Shown here one piece after another: positions 19,841 to 28,988 of a stretch of 64,000 nt of DNA. Each line of letters starts with the position of its first letter. Position 1 is the first letter of the stretch. Under the pieces are notes generated by a model, which saw only the letters and a program-made list of their open reading frames with translations, was not told the DNA's origin and searched no databases. This DNA is from a virus. The stretch covers positions 96,001 to 160,000 of IMG/VR virus record IMGVR_UViG_3300037993_001242; one strand, given 5' to 3'. Both the position numbers and the translations under genes were made by a program.

Positions 19841-20080
19841 ATGGAAAAAACAATCCAAGAGCGTGTTCAAACGATTTTAATCGACCAACTGGGCGTTAAG
19901 CCAGAACAAGTGACACCAGAAGCCGATCTCGTCAAAGACTTGGGCGCAGATGAACTGGACATCATTGAAGTGGCCATGGCCGTCGAAGAGGCGTTCAGCC
20001 TCGAACTGCCCGACCAAGACCTTGAGAAAATCAAGACCGTCGGCGACATGGTTCAGTACATCCAAAAGCGACTTGCATAA
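19841..20080 (+). CDS. acpP: Acyl carrier protein homolog lacking the phosphopantetheine Ser (DELD for DSLD)
   Basis: [21 protein letters not shown]...[33 protein letters not shown]. Confidence 0.9.
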   Translation: MEKTIQERVQTILIDQLGVKPEQVTPEADLVKDLGADELDIIEVAMAVEEAFSLELPDQDLEKIKTVGDMVQYIQKRLA

Positions 20081-20084
20081 ATTT

Positions 20085-20261
20085 ATGGGAAAACCTGACG
20101 ATACTGAAATTGAAACTGTCGAGGAGCACCGCCATGACTGCGGTTGTGACTGCGGCTTTGATGACGAACCAACAACCGCCAGAAGCTGGGTCATATATGC
20201 TGTTGCCACCATCGGCGTGCTGATCTGTCTCGGCATCCTCTGGTACCTCCACAACCACTGA
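20085..20261 (+). CDS. Small membrane protein
   Basis: HDCGCDC then one TM helix. Confidence 0.55.
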   Translation: MGKPDDTEIETVEEHRHDCGCDCGFDDEPTTARSWVIYAVATIGVLICLGILWYLHNH

Positions 20262-20266
20262 CCATT

Positions 20267-20743
20267 ATGGGAAAACAAGACGAAACTGACGAGGCCGATG
20301 TGCCCAACACCACCACACCACCTGAACCGGCGGAACTTGCTTACAGTGCATACTGCACCATCCGCAACTGGAAAGCCGTCAACGGCGATCCGCTTCCGCT
20401 TTGGGCCGATGTCACGGAAGACATCAAAGAAGGCTGGCGCGCCGCTGTTAAAGCTGTCCTGCCTGCGAAAGAAACCGTCGTAGATAAAGGCGAGACCCTG
20501 CGACTGGCAACCAATCCAGCAGATGTGGAATTGCCCTTGCTCACCGAGGATCAGATCAACACCATGGATTTGGAGGAAGCTTGCTCCCAACTTGGCAACC
20601 GTGTATACAAGGTCTGCCTGCTGTACGAGCAACTTGAACACCGGGGCGTCGTTCGGGGCAACGGACATCACGCGGCACAGCATATTGCGAAGCTGGCTGA
20701 AACAGAGTTACGCGAACGCTGGATTACCAAACCGGCGGCATAA
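20267..20743 (+). CDS. Hypothetical protein
   Basis: YSAYC...GDPLPLWADV...GWRAAV. Confidence 0.6.
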   Translation: MGKQDETDEADVPNTTTPPEPAELAYSAYCTIRNWKAVNGDPLPLWADVTEDIKEGWRAAVKAVLPAKETVVDKGETLRLATNPADVELPLLTEDQINTMDLEEACSQLGNRVYKVCLLYEQLEHRGVVRGNGHHAAQHIAKLAETELRERWITKPAA

Positions 20744-20786
20744 GCAGCACCAACAACCACTAAAACAAAACGAAAGGTATAAGCCT

Positions 20787-21251
20787 ATGGGCTATAGAGA
20801 CTACAGTCACGAAACATACACCGCCCGTATGCGGGAGCATACGGAAAAAGGAACCGATCCGTTTACGCACAGTGCGGAAATCCGCTCTGGCCACACGGAG
20901 ATGAAGGTTCACGAAAAACTCGATCCGTCCAAGAAAAACAAGGCGGGCCGGAACATCCGGGAAAGCTTTGACAGCGACACCCATCCCGAAAGTCACCCTG
21001 TTGCCGTCATCTTCGACGTAACCGGTTCCATGGCGAGCGTTCCCCGCATCTTCGTGGAAAAACTCGGCACCCTCATGGCGACGCTGGTCAAGAAGGACTT
21101 CCTCCAGCATCCGCACATCCTGTTCGGTGCGGTCGGCGACGCCACCGTCTGGATCGACGCCGAAACCCACCTGCGCTCGCACGGCGATCAGATTTTTGAT
21201 CTCACAAAAGTTCGAGCCTTTTTGACTGCCGCCCGGCCCTTCATAAAATAG
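20787..21251 (+). pseudogene. vWA-like protein, apparently truncated after GAVGDA
   Basis: RESFDSDTHPESHPVAVIFDVTGSM...ILFGAVGDAT, then unrelated 34 aa and TAG; only the first half of the vWA fold. Confidence 0.6.
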
Positions 21252-21486
21252 TCCCGCCAACTCTTTTTGTAATGCTGATTTTCAACAGCTTACAAATTTC
21301 TCGCCGCCATCTCGCCGTTGTAAACATTGGTAATTTTGCCCGAATCCGCTGTCAACAAATTATTTTAGTTCAATGTTGACGCGGGTTTTATGACTTAAAA
21401 CCAGCCCGTTCTTAACTTCCATCAATTATCGTTTGGTAAAATAGTGTGACGGTTGAACGAATCAACCGTACGACAGAAAGACAAAT

Positions 21487-21714
21487 ATGAACGAAACAGA
21501 AAACATAAATCCGACTCCCCACCTGAACCGGAGCAAGGTAAAACAAACGGCACTGGAGTTCGCCGCCACCCAACACTTCACCTTCACCGGCGGCAAAAAG
21601 CCAAGGTTCAATCGCGTCAGCCTGAACTTTTTGCAGCGCATCGAAGGCCGGGTCAAAGCGATGATCGCCGATGAAGTTAAGCAGCAGCCCAGAATAGGAA
21701 AGACCCTGCAATGA
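21487..21714 (+). CDS. Small basic protein, possible minimal histone fold
   Basis: LNRSKVKQ...RVSLNFLQRIEGRVKAMIADEVKQQPRIGKTL resembles alpha1-L1-alpha2-L2 of prokaryotic histones. Confidence 0.5.
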   Translation: MNETENINPTPHLNRSKVKQTALEFAATQHFTFTGGKKPRFNRVSLNFLQRIEGRVKAMIADEVKQQPRIGKTLQ

Positions 21715-22514
21715 AACTGGAACTCAAAATCACCAACCGCAGCCGGTACGACGACATCGAAGTCGACATCCTCGTCCGGTTTGCGCTCAGTACCGTGCAT
21801 CAAGTGTGGCCCATCGAACGCTCGCCTTTGAGACTCAAAGTAACGAACACCCGCAAAAGCTGGGGCGGCTACGGTTACATCCGGGGCTATGGAACGGACG
21901 CCGAGGGCTTTCATGCCTGTATACGCATCGGAGCACCTGCCCGTTTCGTTAATCCCCGCCGCATTTCCTACGACTATAAATGGAAGGACATGCCCGTGAT
22001 GTTCCTGAACAATTATCGCGAAGCACTGGTATACGTAACCGCGCACGAACTCGCCCACAACGCGGGCAAGTCGGGGCGCAAAGATGGCGAGATGCGCTGT
22101 GACTTTGCCGGGCAAGATGCCGTCGACCAGTACCGGAAACAACAAGCGGTAATCGACGGCCAGATCGCTGACCGCATCCGCCGCCGCGACGAACGCCAGA
22201 GCAGCACTGAACAGCGCCATGCAACACGGGCGGCTTTTGTAAAATCCGCCGCCGGTCGATTGCAAAAATCCGAACGGATGCTGGTTTACTGGAAACGCCG
22301 GGCCAAGATCGCCAAAACCAAAATCAGCCGGTACCAGCGCAGTGTTACGGCTTTGCGAAAGAGCGCGGCCCGCGCAGTCAATCCTCCAGCAGGTAGCCCA
22401 CCACCTGCTGCGCCACAGGACTCTCCGCCGTCATGCCCGCTGGAAGCGGCGGCAGGTTATCCACCGGTGTCTCCGCCGGACTCGGTTCCTCACTGTGCGC
22501 CGCAATGCGGTTAA
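21711..22514 (+). CDS. Zincin-like (HExxH) protein with basic coiled-coil tail
   Basis: ALVYVTAHELAHN. Confidence 0.6.
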   Translation: MKLELKITNRSRYDDIEVDILVRFALSTVHQVWPIERSPLRLKVTNTRKSWGGYGYIRGYGTDAEGFHACIRIGAPARFVNPRRISYDYKWKDMPVMFLNNYREALVYVTAHELAHNAGKSGRKDGEMRCDFAGQDAVDQYRKQQAVIDGQIADRIRRRDERQSSTEQRHATRAAFVKSAAGRLQKSERMLVYWKRRAKIAKTKISRYQRSVTALRKSAARAVNPPAGSPPPAAPQDSPPSCPLEAAAGYPPVSPPDSVPHCAPQCG

Positions 22515-22686
22515 AGTAATCGTGGGCGCGCCGCTGAGCGTAGTCTTCGCTGACGTTTTCACCTTCCGCTTCGTAGGACGTGAACTTGTCCTTTATCTGG
22601 CCGCCCTGAAGCACCAAAAATTGTGTCCCGCCGAAATTGACAACTTCCATTCCGGGGAACCGCTCGTCGGTGTAAATGCGCTTCAT
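22378..22686 (-). CDS. Late protein ending in a leader-like helix
   Basis: GTAGTTA upstream; C-terminus AESPVAQQVVGYLLED. Confidence 0.6.
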   Translation of the reverse strand: MKRIYTDERFPGMEVVNFGGTQFLVLQGGQIKDKFTSYEAEGENVSEDYAQRRAHDYFNRIAAHSEEPSPAETPVDNLPPLPAGMTAESPVAQQVVGYLLED

Positions 22687-22716
22687 TTTCAATAACTACT
22701 GCGTCGTATTTAATGC

Positions 22717-23022
22717 GTGAAGCTGATCTTCATCGCGTGCGCGCTGTTCCTGACTGGATGCGTGAGCTTCAATCGTGGGGGTACAACCCACCACGTCATC
22801 TTGGGCTTTGGCATCGTTAGCGTCAACAGCACCAATACGGCTGCCGCCGATGTCATCAAAACTCAGGTCATTGGCCTCGGTTTCAATGACAGCGGTGCTG
22901 GCGCGCACTTCGACCTCGGCTACGGCGTGACCACCGTCGTCCGGGTCGCCACCAATCAGAACATCGTAATTGAGGTTTCAGATGTTCCCGGAAAACCATT
23001 AACTGTAAATATACCCAAATGA
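22717..23022 (+). CDS. Putative lipoprotein
   Basis: MKLIFIACALFLTG-C lipobox; GTATTTA 4 nt upstream. Confidence 0.7.
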   Translation: MKLIFIACALFLTGCVSFNRGGTTHHVILGFGIVSVNSTNTAAADVIKTQVIGLGFNDSGAGAHFDLGYGVTTVVRVATNQNIVIEVSDVPGKPLTVNIPK

Positions 23023-23453
23023 AACGTATCTTTTTTGCCAGCCTGCTTTGTGCAATTGCCACCGGATGCACCAGTCTTCATGACACGGTGATCTCGTCCA
23101 CGGCCACGACCCTTGGCGTTGAAGTCTCCCAAAACCCCGCCACGCAGCTTTATCAAGCCAAGCTGGGCTATTGCCGGGCGGAACTGGCCTTCGTGCCCAC
23201 GGATCGTGGGCAAGCCACCAACCAAATCGGCGGGGCCGCCAGCACTGGCAACGTGATCATGGAATTGAGCTTGAAGAATATCTTTGCGGGTGGCGGAGTA
23301 TACCAACGGCTGGCCATCGGCAGCACAGCGGTAAGCCAACCCGGCGCAGTGTTCATGTTTGCCAAAGATCAAAACGGACAGATTTCAACCAACACCGCCG
23401 CCATCATTCAGCAAAATCTGCCGCTGATGCTGAACCGGCCAATGAAACCATAA
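23019..23453 (+). CDS. Putative lipoprotein
   Basis: MKRIFFASLLCAIATG-C lipobox. Confidence 0.7.
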   Translation: MKRIFFASLLCAIATGCTSLHDTVISSTATTLGVEVSQNPATQLYQAKLGYCRAELAFVPTDRGQATNQIGGAASTGNVIMELSLKNIFAGGGVYQRLAIGSTAVSQPGAVFMFAKDQNGQISTNTAAIIQQNLPLMLNRPMKP

Positions 23454-23454
23454 C

Positions 23455-25137
23455 ATGCTTGCTGTATACACTTATTTTGATGCAAACGGCATTCAGCGTA
23501 ACGCTGAATCTAACGCATTTAATTTTGTCGGCACGTGGACACGGTCAGGAACTTATTCGTCCACTACACTGGACACGGTCAATTACAGCAACGGCCAGTT
23601 TACTTGCATCATAAACAACTATGGCAGCATTCCCGCAAATTCCTCAGCGTGGTCACCCCTCGTTTTGCGTATACCTGCATCCGGCACCGGCGTTGATGAA
23701 GCTTTAATCGTAGCTGAAGCAGCCTACTCTATTGCCGTTATAGGCACCAATGCTGCCGCACAGGCTCAACTCACTGCCAACACTGCCTTTTCGATTGCAG
23801 TTATTGGAACAAACACAGGGTCTAGTGCCTATGCACTGGCGGCAACCGCCGATGCTGTTGCACAGGAAGCGCTCAGCATCGCCATCATCGGGACTAACAT
23901 TGGAACCACAGCGTATAGCATAGCTACAACGGGAAGTAATGCAGTGTATCAAGGCTACACACTGTCCGGCATTGTAATTGCCACGGGAAGTAACTTTGCT
24001 AGTTTGGGTTTTACTCCACCGCCAAACACGCGGTTGATCAACACTGCTGCGCCTTTGGATGGCGGCGGTGATCTGAGTGCCGACCGGACAATCTCCATCA
24101 CTCAGTCCGGCACCAATACCGATGGTTATCTGTCCAGCACCGACTGGATTACATTCGAGACCGCTTCAACCAACGCTTCCGCTGCCCTTTTGGCTGCTGG
24201 AGCCGCCAGCGCCATTGCATCAACCGGCACTAACACAGCAAACGAAGCACTCAGTATTGCCATCATCGGTACCGATGTTGGAACCAATGCGTATACGTTA
24301 GCTACAACGGGAAGTAATACAGCTTGGGAAGCTCTTAGTATTGCTATCATAGGAACAAATGCTGCTGCTGCTGCTGTCCAGCCAGCACGCAACATCAACA
24401 CTAATACACCCTTGTCGGGTGGTGGCGATTTGAGCGCTGATCGCACACTTTCCATAACTCAATCCGGTTCCAACACCAGCGGTTATCTCTCGAACACCGA
24501 CTGGGGCACTTTCAATGCCAAAGTTACAACGACCCGCGCCATCAACACTAATGCACCTTTAACCGGCGGCGGAGATTTGTCCGCTGACCGGACGTTGTCA
24601 ATCACTCAATCGGGCAGCAATACCGACGGCTATCTATCCAGCACCGACTGGGGCACTTTCAATGCCAAACAAAACTCATTGGGCAATCTCAACGGAATCA
24701 TCAAAGGCAACGGCAGCAACACTTATACCGTGGCCACTTCGGGCACCGATTACGCTCCGGGATATTCTGGAGTTCCCGTTGGTGGCATCATCGCATGGGC
24801 AAAATCGCTAACCAACACGCCCGCACTGCCCATAGGCTACGTGGAATGCAATGGACAAACTTTAAGCGACGCAAACAGCGTCTATAACGGAATTGTCATT
24901 CCCAATCTGAACGGCTCCACGGACGCCACCAAGCGTTTCCTGCGCGGAGCCACAACTTCCGGCGGCACGGGTGGATCAGCCACACACACGCATAGTGTAG
25001 GCTCTGCTACCGATAACCATTTTATAACCAGTGCCTCTCCCATAGCCACTGCCGTAACCAGTATCTCTGTGTCCACCGGTTCAGCTTCCACGATACCAAC
25101 ATACTACGAAGTAGTCTATGTCATGCGCGTAAAATGA
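23455..25137 (+). CDS. Tail fibre protein with internal repeats and C-terminal tail-collar domain
   Basis: PVGGIIAW...LPIGYVECNGQ...PNLNG...FLRG collar; three GGGDLSADRT repeats. Confidence 0.8.
   Translation: MLAVYTYFDANGIQRNAESNAFNFVGTWTRSGTYSSTTLDTVNYSNGQFTCIINNYGSIPANSSAWSPLVLRIPASGTGVDEALIVAEAAYSIAVIGTNAAAQAQLTANTAFSIAVIGTNTGSSAYALAATADAVAQEALSIAIIGTNIGTTAYSIATTGSNAVYQGYTLSGIVIATGSNFASLGFTPPPNTRLINTAAPLDGGGDLSADRTISITQSGTNTDGYLSSTDWITFETASTNASAALLAAGAASAIASTGTNTANEALSIAIIGTDVGTNAYTLATTGSNTAWEALSIAIIGTNAAAAAVQPARNINTNTPLSGGGDLSADRTLSITQSGSNTSGYLSNTDWGTFNAKVTTTRAINTNAPLTGGGDLSADRTLSITQSGSNTDGYLSSTDWGTFNAKQNSLGNLNGIIKGNGSNTYTVATSGTDYAPGYSGVPVGGIIAWAKSLTNTPALPIGYVECNGQTLSDANSVYNGIVIPNLNGSTDATKRFLRGATTSGGTGGSATHTHSVGSATDNHFITSASPIATAVTSISVSTGSASTIPTYYEVVYVMRVK
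24031..24669 (+). repeat. Three ~40-aa coding repeats in tail fibre (RxINTxAPLxGGGDLSADRTLSITQSGxNTxGYLSxTDW)
   Basis: Copies start near 24031, 24388 and 24535. Confidence 0.85.
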
Positions 25138-25757
25138 ATACGACCATCATCATTTCGACAGACAAAACCGTCCATCCACGGTGTCTGGAAGCAGTCTGGT
25201 CGCAGTCGGTCAGCGATTTTAACGTGCTGATCACCCGGCGTGCTGCCGTCCTTGAGAATAATGATCCGATTGTCGCCAAGGAACTTAACATCGCCGCCAA
25301 CCGGGAGGATGCCCGAAAACTGGCGCTGGCTTTTGGAAGCGAGCATTACCTGTGGCTGGACTCGGACGTGGTCATGCCTCCCAACGCCTTGGCGGAACTT
25401 TTGATTCAAGCGGAAAACTCCGGCAAGGAAGCCGTGTCGGGTTATTACCCCATGAGACATTCTCCCCACTTGTTCGCCAGCGGACGACTCACGCCTGATG
25501 GCGTTGTTGTTCACTTCAGCGCCATAGCTCCCAGTCTGGTGCAGGCTGATTTTGCCGGTTTTGGCTGCATGTTGGTGTCGCGGCGTTTGATGGAATTGTG
25601 CCGGATCAATTCAGGCACGGACAAGATGCTCCGACTCACGGACGGACAAACTGTTTATTTCGACGATTCGGTGGATTTCTGCGAGCAGCTATACCAGCAC
25701 GGGGCAACACTTTACATGGATGGAAACGTGATTTGTGAGCATTTGGTAGCTAGTTAA
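25134..25757 (+). CDS. Glycosyltransferase family 2-like (GT-A) protein
   Basis: YLWLDSDVVMPPNAL (DxD), AGFGCMLVSR. Confidence 0.7.
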   Translation: MNTTIIISTDKTVHPRCLEAVWSQSVSDFNVLITRRAAVLENNDPIVAKELNIAANREDARKLALAFGSEHYLWLDSDVVMPPNALAELLIQAENSGKEAVSGYYPMRHSPHLFASGRLTPDGVVVHFSAIAPSLVQADFAGFGCMLVSRRLMELCRINSGTDKMLRLTDGQTVYFDDSVDFCEQLYQHGATLYMDGNVICEHLVAS

Positions 25758-25774
25758 ATAAGCGCTCATAATCT

Positions 25775-26224
25775 TTAACCATTAAGCATCAAATCAACAA
25801 GTTCTTGTGCCGACTCAATGGCGAATTTGGACTTGATCCGGCTCAATCGGTTTTGAGCAACGCCAAGTTCACGCTCGCTACGAAGAACGTGCTTACCAGC
25901 GATGTGTGCCAATGCGCGCTTGAGCGTGGTGACCACCAACGGTGGCAAGGTTCTGCCCCTTTCAGGATCGTGGACAAGGCCCCCACCGATGGCTTTTAAC
26001 AATTCCGAAAATGCCTGATCTGGCTCCAAGTCCAGAAACTTGTCAACCTGCTCCGGCGTAACCTTGCGCTGTGCCAGCCAGTCGTAAAGCGCTTGGGTGA
26101 CGTTTTCAGACGAATCCCCGCCGTCGAGAGCCTGCTTCAGCATCAAAAAAGCCGGGCTGAGAATCCCCGTGGGATTCGTCGGCCCGGATAGATCACTGAA
26201 TTTTGCAATGCCAAATTTTGGCAT
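25775..26224 (-). CDS. Hypothetical late protein
   Basis: Coupled to upstream membrane gene; ends IESAQELVDLMLNG. Confidence 0.6.
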   Translation of the reverse strand: MPKFGIAKFSDLSGPTNPTGILSPAFLMLKQALDGGDSSENVTQALYDWLAQRKVTPEQVDKFLDLEPDQAFSELLKAIGGGLVHDPERGRTLPPLVVTTLKRALAHIAGKHVLRSERELGVAQNRLSRIKSKFAIESAQELVDLMLNG

Positions 26225-26225
26225 A

Positions 26226-26648
26226 TTACGCAGGTTTTGACGGCGTTGCCGGTGGTGACGGCGGAATTACGCCAGACTGCTTGCCCAACTGGTGCAACCA
26301 CGTGGCCAAACCACCCAAGGCGGCTCCAGCCAGCGCCGAATTGACCAGACCTTGGCTGCCCCACAGCCCGACCAAGTTCGACAGCAAATCGACCAATGCG
26401 CCTACGAGAGCCGCTGCCACCGGCAGCAAACCAGAAGGCACAACGGGCAGGTACTTTTTGATCAGCGCCACCAACACCAACGTAAGCGGCATGATCAGCA
26501 CCTGCAACCACTGGGGGATCGCCGACAGCGACGGCAGGCCGCCGTTAACGACCGGGGGAACGTTGGTTCCGGGCACGTTTGTCTGTGCCCAGACAAAACC
26601 AATACCCAGCACTGTGAATAGAATTGCGAGAAACGTTGTTCTTTTCAT
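26226..26648 (-). CDS. Membrane protein with signal peptide, holin-like
   Basis: MKRTTFLAILF...WA-QTN then 3 hydrophobic helices; GTAGTTA 4 nt upstream. Confidence 0.65.
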   Translation of the reverse strand: MKRTTFLAILFTVLGIGFVWAQTNVPGTNVPPVVNGGLPSLSAIPQWLQVLIMPLTLVLVALIKKYLPVVPSGLLPVAAALVGALVDLLSNLVGLWGSQGLVNSALAGAALGGLATWLHQLGKQSGVIPPSPPATPSKPA

Positions 26649-26684
26649 GCAATAACTACGACGGTCAATCATTGTATTTAGAGC

Positions 26685-28124
26685 GTGAAAGCTGACGTGC
26701 TTGTTAATCTGCTACTCGAACTGAACGTGCTAAACGTTCAGGATATAGACAGAGAACTCAAAAAGCTCGCCGCCTACGTCGAAGACCCCCGCGCCCAGAA
26801 GTGGCTGATGCGGGTCGCCCGGAATTTCATCATCAACATCGATCAGTTGCTGAAACAGCCCTACCGCGCCAAAGCCGAACCTCGCGGCCATTTTGGCAGC
26901 AAGTATCGTTACGAACCCACCGGCGGATTTGATCCCAAGCAGGCTCCCGCCGAACCGTCATCGGAAACCAGAATCAAATGGTGGGGCGAACAGCCGATGG
27001 CCGGTGATCCCAATGCCTGCCACACCTGCGGCGGCAGCGGTTACGTCCAGACGATCAAACACACGGAAACGGGCGAAGAAGTCCAAGCTCCGTGGACAAC
27101 CCGTGATCCTGAAGAAGAGCGCAAACGCTGCCCAGACTGTAAAGGCACCGGAAAACGAAAATATCAAAAGCCAAGCGGGGGCGAAGGTTTCTTTCCTGAA
27201 TCCAAAACCCTTATCGAAGCCGGGCGCAAAAGAGCAGCAGCAATGTCACCCGAAGAGCCAATAGAACCTGATCCGGCGGGTGTCTACACCAGCACACTGC
27301 ATGAGCCTGCGATCCAACGGCACATCGACCAAAACTTCCGGCCTTATCGAACCAAGACCGCGCCCAAAAAAGAACTTTTTGGCGGGCCGCCACCGGCTTC
27401 AAAAGTGGAGCCGTGGGTCAAAGAGCGAGAAACGGAACAGGAACTGCATCATTTCGACCCGATCCAAGTGCGCCGCCGGGAACTCTGGATTAACCTCGAA
27501 AATCTGGTCAATTATTTCAACTGGAAGTCCAGCGTGCTGGCCAAAAGAGACAGTGAAAAACCGGAGGAACAAAACCGGGCCAGAAGCGCTGAACTGTTCT
27601 TCCGCCAACTGGAGACGATGCCGACTGCCGATCTCGAAGGTTTCCGGGACATCATGCGCCAAGGGCAGGATTACGCTTACGACGTGGAAAACCGGCCATG
27701 GCTGTACATGACCGACCCGAAGTTGGTCTCCGAATACCGGGGTTTGAAGCTGATCCGAGCCACACTCTGGCAGACAGTTTATCATTTGAGCCGACGCAAG
27801 ACAGCGAAGGACGATGAACCCACGTGGTGTACCAATACGGAGCACCACGCCAAGAGCTATTCAAGTCAGGGGCCGCTTTATTTCGTCGACAAAAACGGCT
27901 ACCCGTACGTCCTGCTGCATTTTGAAACCACGCAAGCTAAAGGTCTGAACGATGCTGAAATCGAAGCACCGGTAGCCAAAGAAATCGCTCCTCTCTTCGC
28001 CGATCCCCAACGCTTCCCTCTTGAAAAATTTGGCGAAACCGAAAGACGATTTGGCGGCGGCGGGCTGGCCCTTTTGAAGGCGGCGGTCAAAGCCTATCGG
28101 CAAAAAGCCGGTATACAGGGTTAA
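26685..28124 (+). CDS. LLE-leader PcfJ-like protein with DnaJ-type Zn-finger insert
   Basis: MKADVLVNLLLE; CHTCGGSG...CPDCKGTG; C-terminal WCT...YSSQGPLYFV. Confidence 0.7.
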   Translation: MKADVLVNLLLELNVLNVQDIDRELKKLAAYVEDPRAQKWLMRVARNFIINIDQLLKQPYRAKAEPRGHFGSKYRYEPTGGFDPKQAPAEPSSETRIKWWGEQPMAGDPNACHTCGGSGYVQTIKHTETGEEVQAPWTTRDPEEERKRCPDCKGTGKRKYQKPSGGEGFFPESKTLIEAGRKRAAAMSPEEPIEPDPAGVYTSTLHEPAIQRHIDQNFRPYRTKTAPKKELFGGPPPASKVEPWVKERETEQELHHFDPIQVRRRELWINLENLVNYFNWKSSVLAKRDSEKPEEQNRARSAELFFRQLETMPTADLEGFRDIMRQGQDYAYDVENRPWLYMTDPKLVSEYRGLKLIRATLWQTVYHLSRRKTAKDDEPTWCTNTEHHAKSYSSQGPLYFVDKNGYPYVLLHFETTQAKGLNDAEIEAPVAKEIAPLFADPQRFPLEKFGETERRFGGGGLALLKAAVKAYRQKAGIQG

Positions 28125-28182
28125 AATTTCGTAAATACGAAATTTTATTGACGTTTGGCCCGGAATTTAGTTCTCTGTGGGC

Positions 28183-28983
28183 ATGAACGTAATCAACGTC
28201 AATGACGTGGAACGTGAATTGCGCAAAATCGCGGCACATGCCATCTATCCACAGGCGCAGCAATGGGTGCTCTCCGTTGGCCGAAACCATATTCTTGGCA
28301 AAATCGGCGAAAAAGACGCGGATATGAATTTCCGGGTTTACGATCCGGCCAAGATCAGACCTGATGTATACGGTGAACCACCACCCGTCGCCAAATTGCC
28401 GGAGTGGGCCAAGGAAGCGATCAAACAAGGCGAGGAACTCCATTGGTTTGACCCGGTTCAAGTGCAGCGCCGACCTTTGTGGCAGGCCATCAACGTCATC
28501 GTGACGTGGTTTAACATCTGGCCGCCCACCGACACCCGCTTGCGCCGCCTTGACCGTGTCAATTTCCACACGGCCTTGGCTGGAGCCGCCATGTGGTTTC
28601 AGGATGTTCAGCAAAACATCTGGGAGTACGTCAAAGACAAGCCGCCGGTGATGAAAACCTACGAGCACGGCTTCTTTTGGGTGCGACTGGTGACTGCCCT
28701 TCACTTCGAGCGCGAAGGACGCCTGATGAACCATTGCGTCGGCAACGGTTCCTATTACGAGCGCTGGCGCAACGCCAAGTCAGAGTACTACTCGCTGCGC
28801 GACAAGCACAACAAACCCCATGCCACGGTCGAAGTCACGGTGGATATGCGCCGCCGGGGAGCCGTACTCCAGTGCAAAGGAAACAGCAATCACAAGCCCG
28901 CACCAATTTACCAGCCGTACATCCGCCGGTTTTTCAACGACATGGGCTGGACGATCTCCGGTGATCAGCATAACATCGATTAA
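28183..28983 (+). CDS. PcfJ-like domain protein, untagged paralog of upstream gene
   Basis: EGRLMNHCVG..Y...YYSLRDKHNKPHATVEV; shares the NVxDVxRELxK and LHxFDPxQVxRR blocks. Confidence 0.75.
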   Translation: MNVINVNDVERELRKIAAHAIYPQAQQWVLSVGRNHILGKIGEKDADMNFRVYDPAKIRPDVYGEPPPVAKLPEWAKEAIKQGEELHWFDPVQVQRRPLWQAINVIVTWFNIWPPTDTRLRRLDRVNFHTALAGAAMWFQDVQQNIWEYVKDKPPVMKTYEHGFFWVRLVTALHFEREGRLMNHCVGNGSYYERWRNAKSEYYSLRDKHNKPHATVEVTVDMRRRGAVLQCKGNSNHKPAPIYQPYIRRFFNDMGWTISGDQHNID

Positions 28984-28988
28984 AGCGT

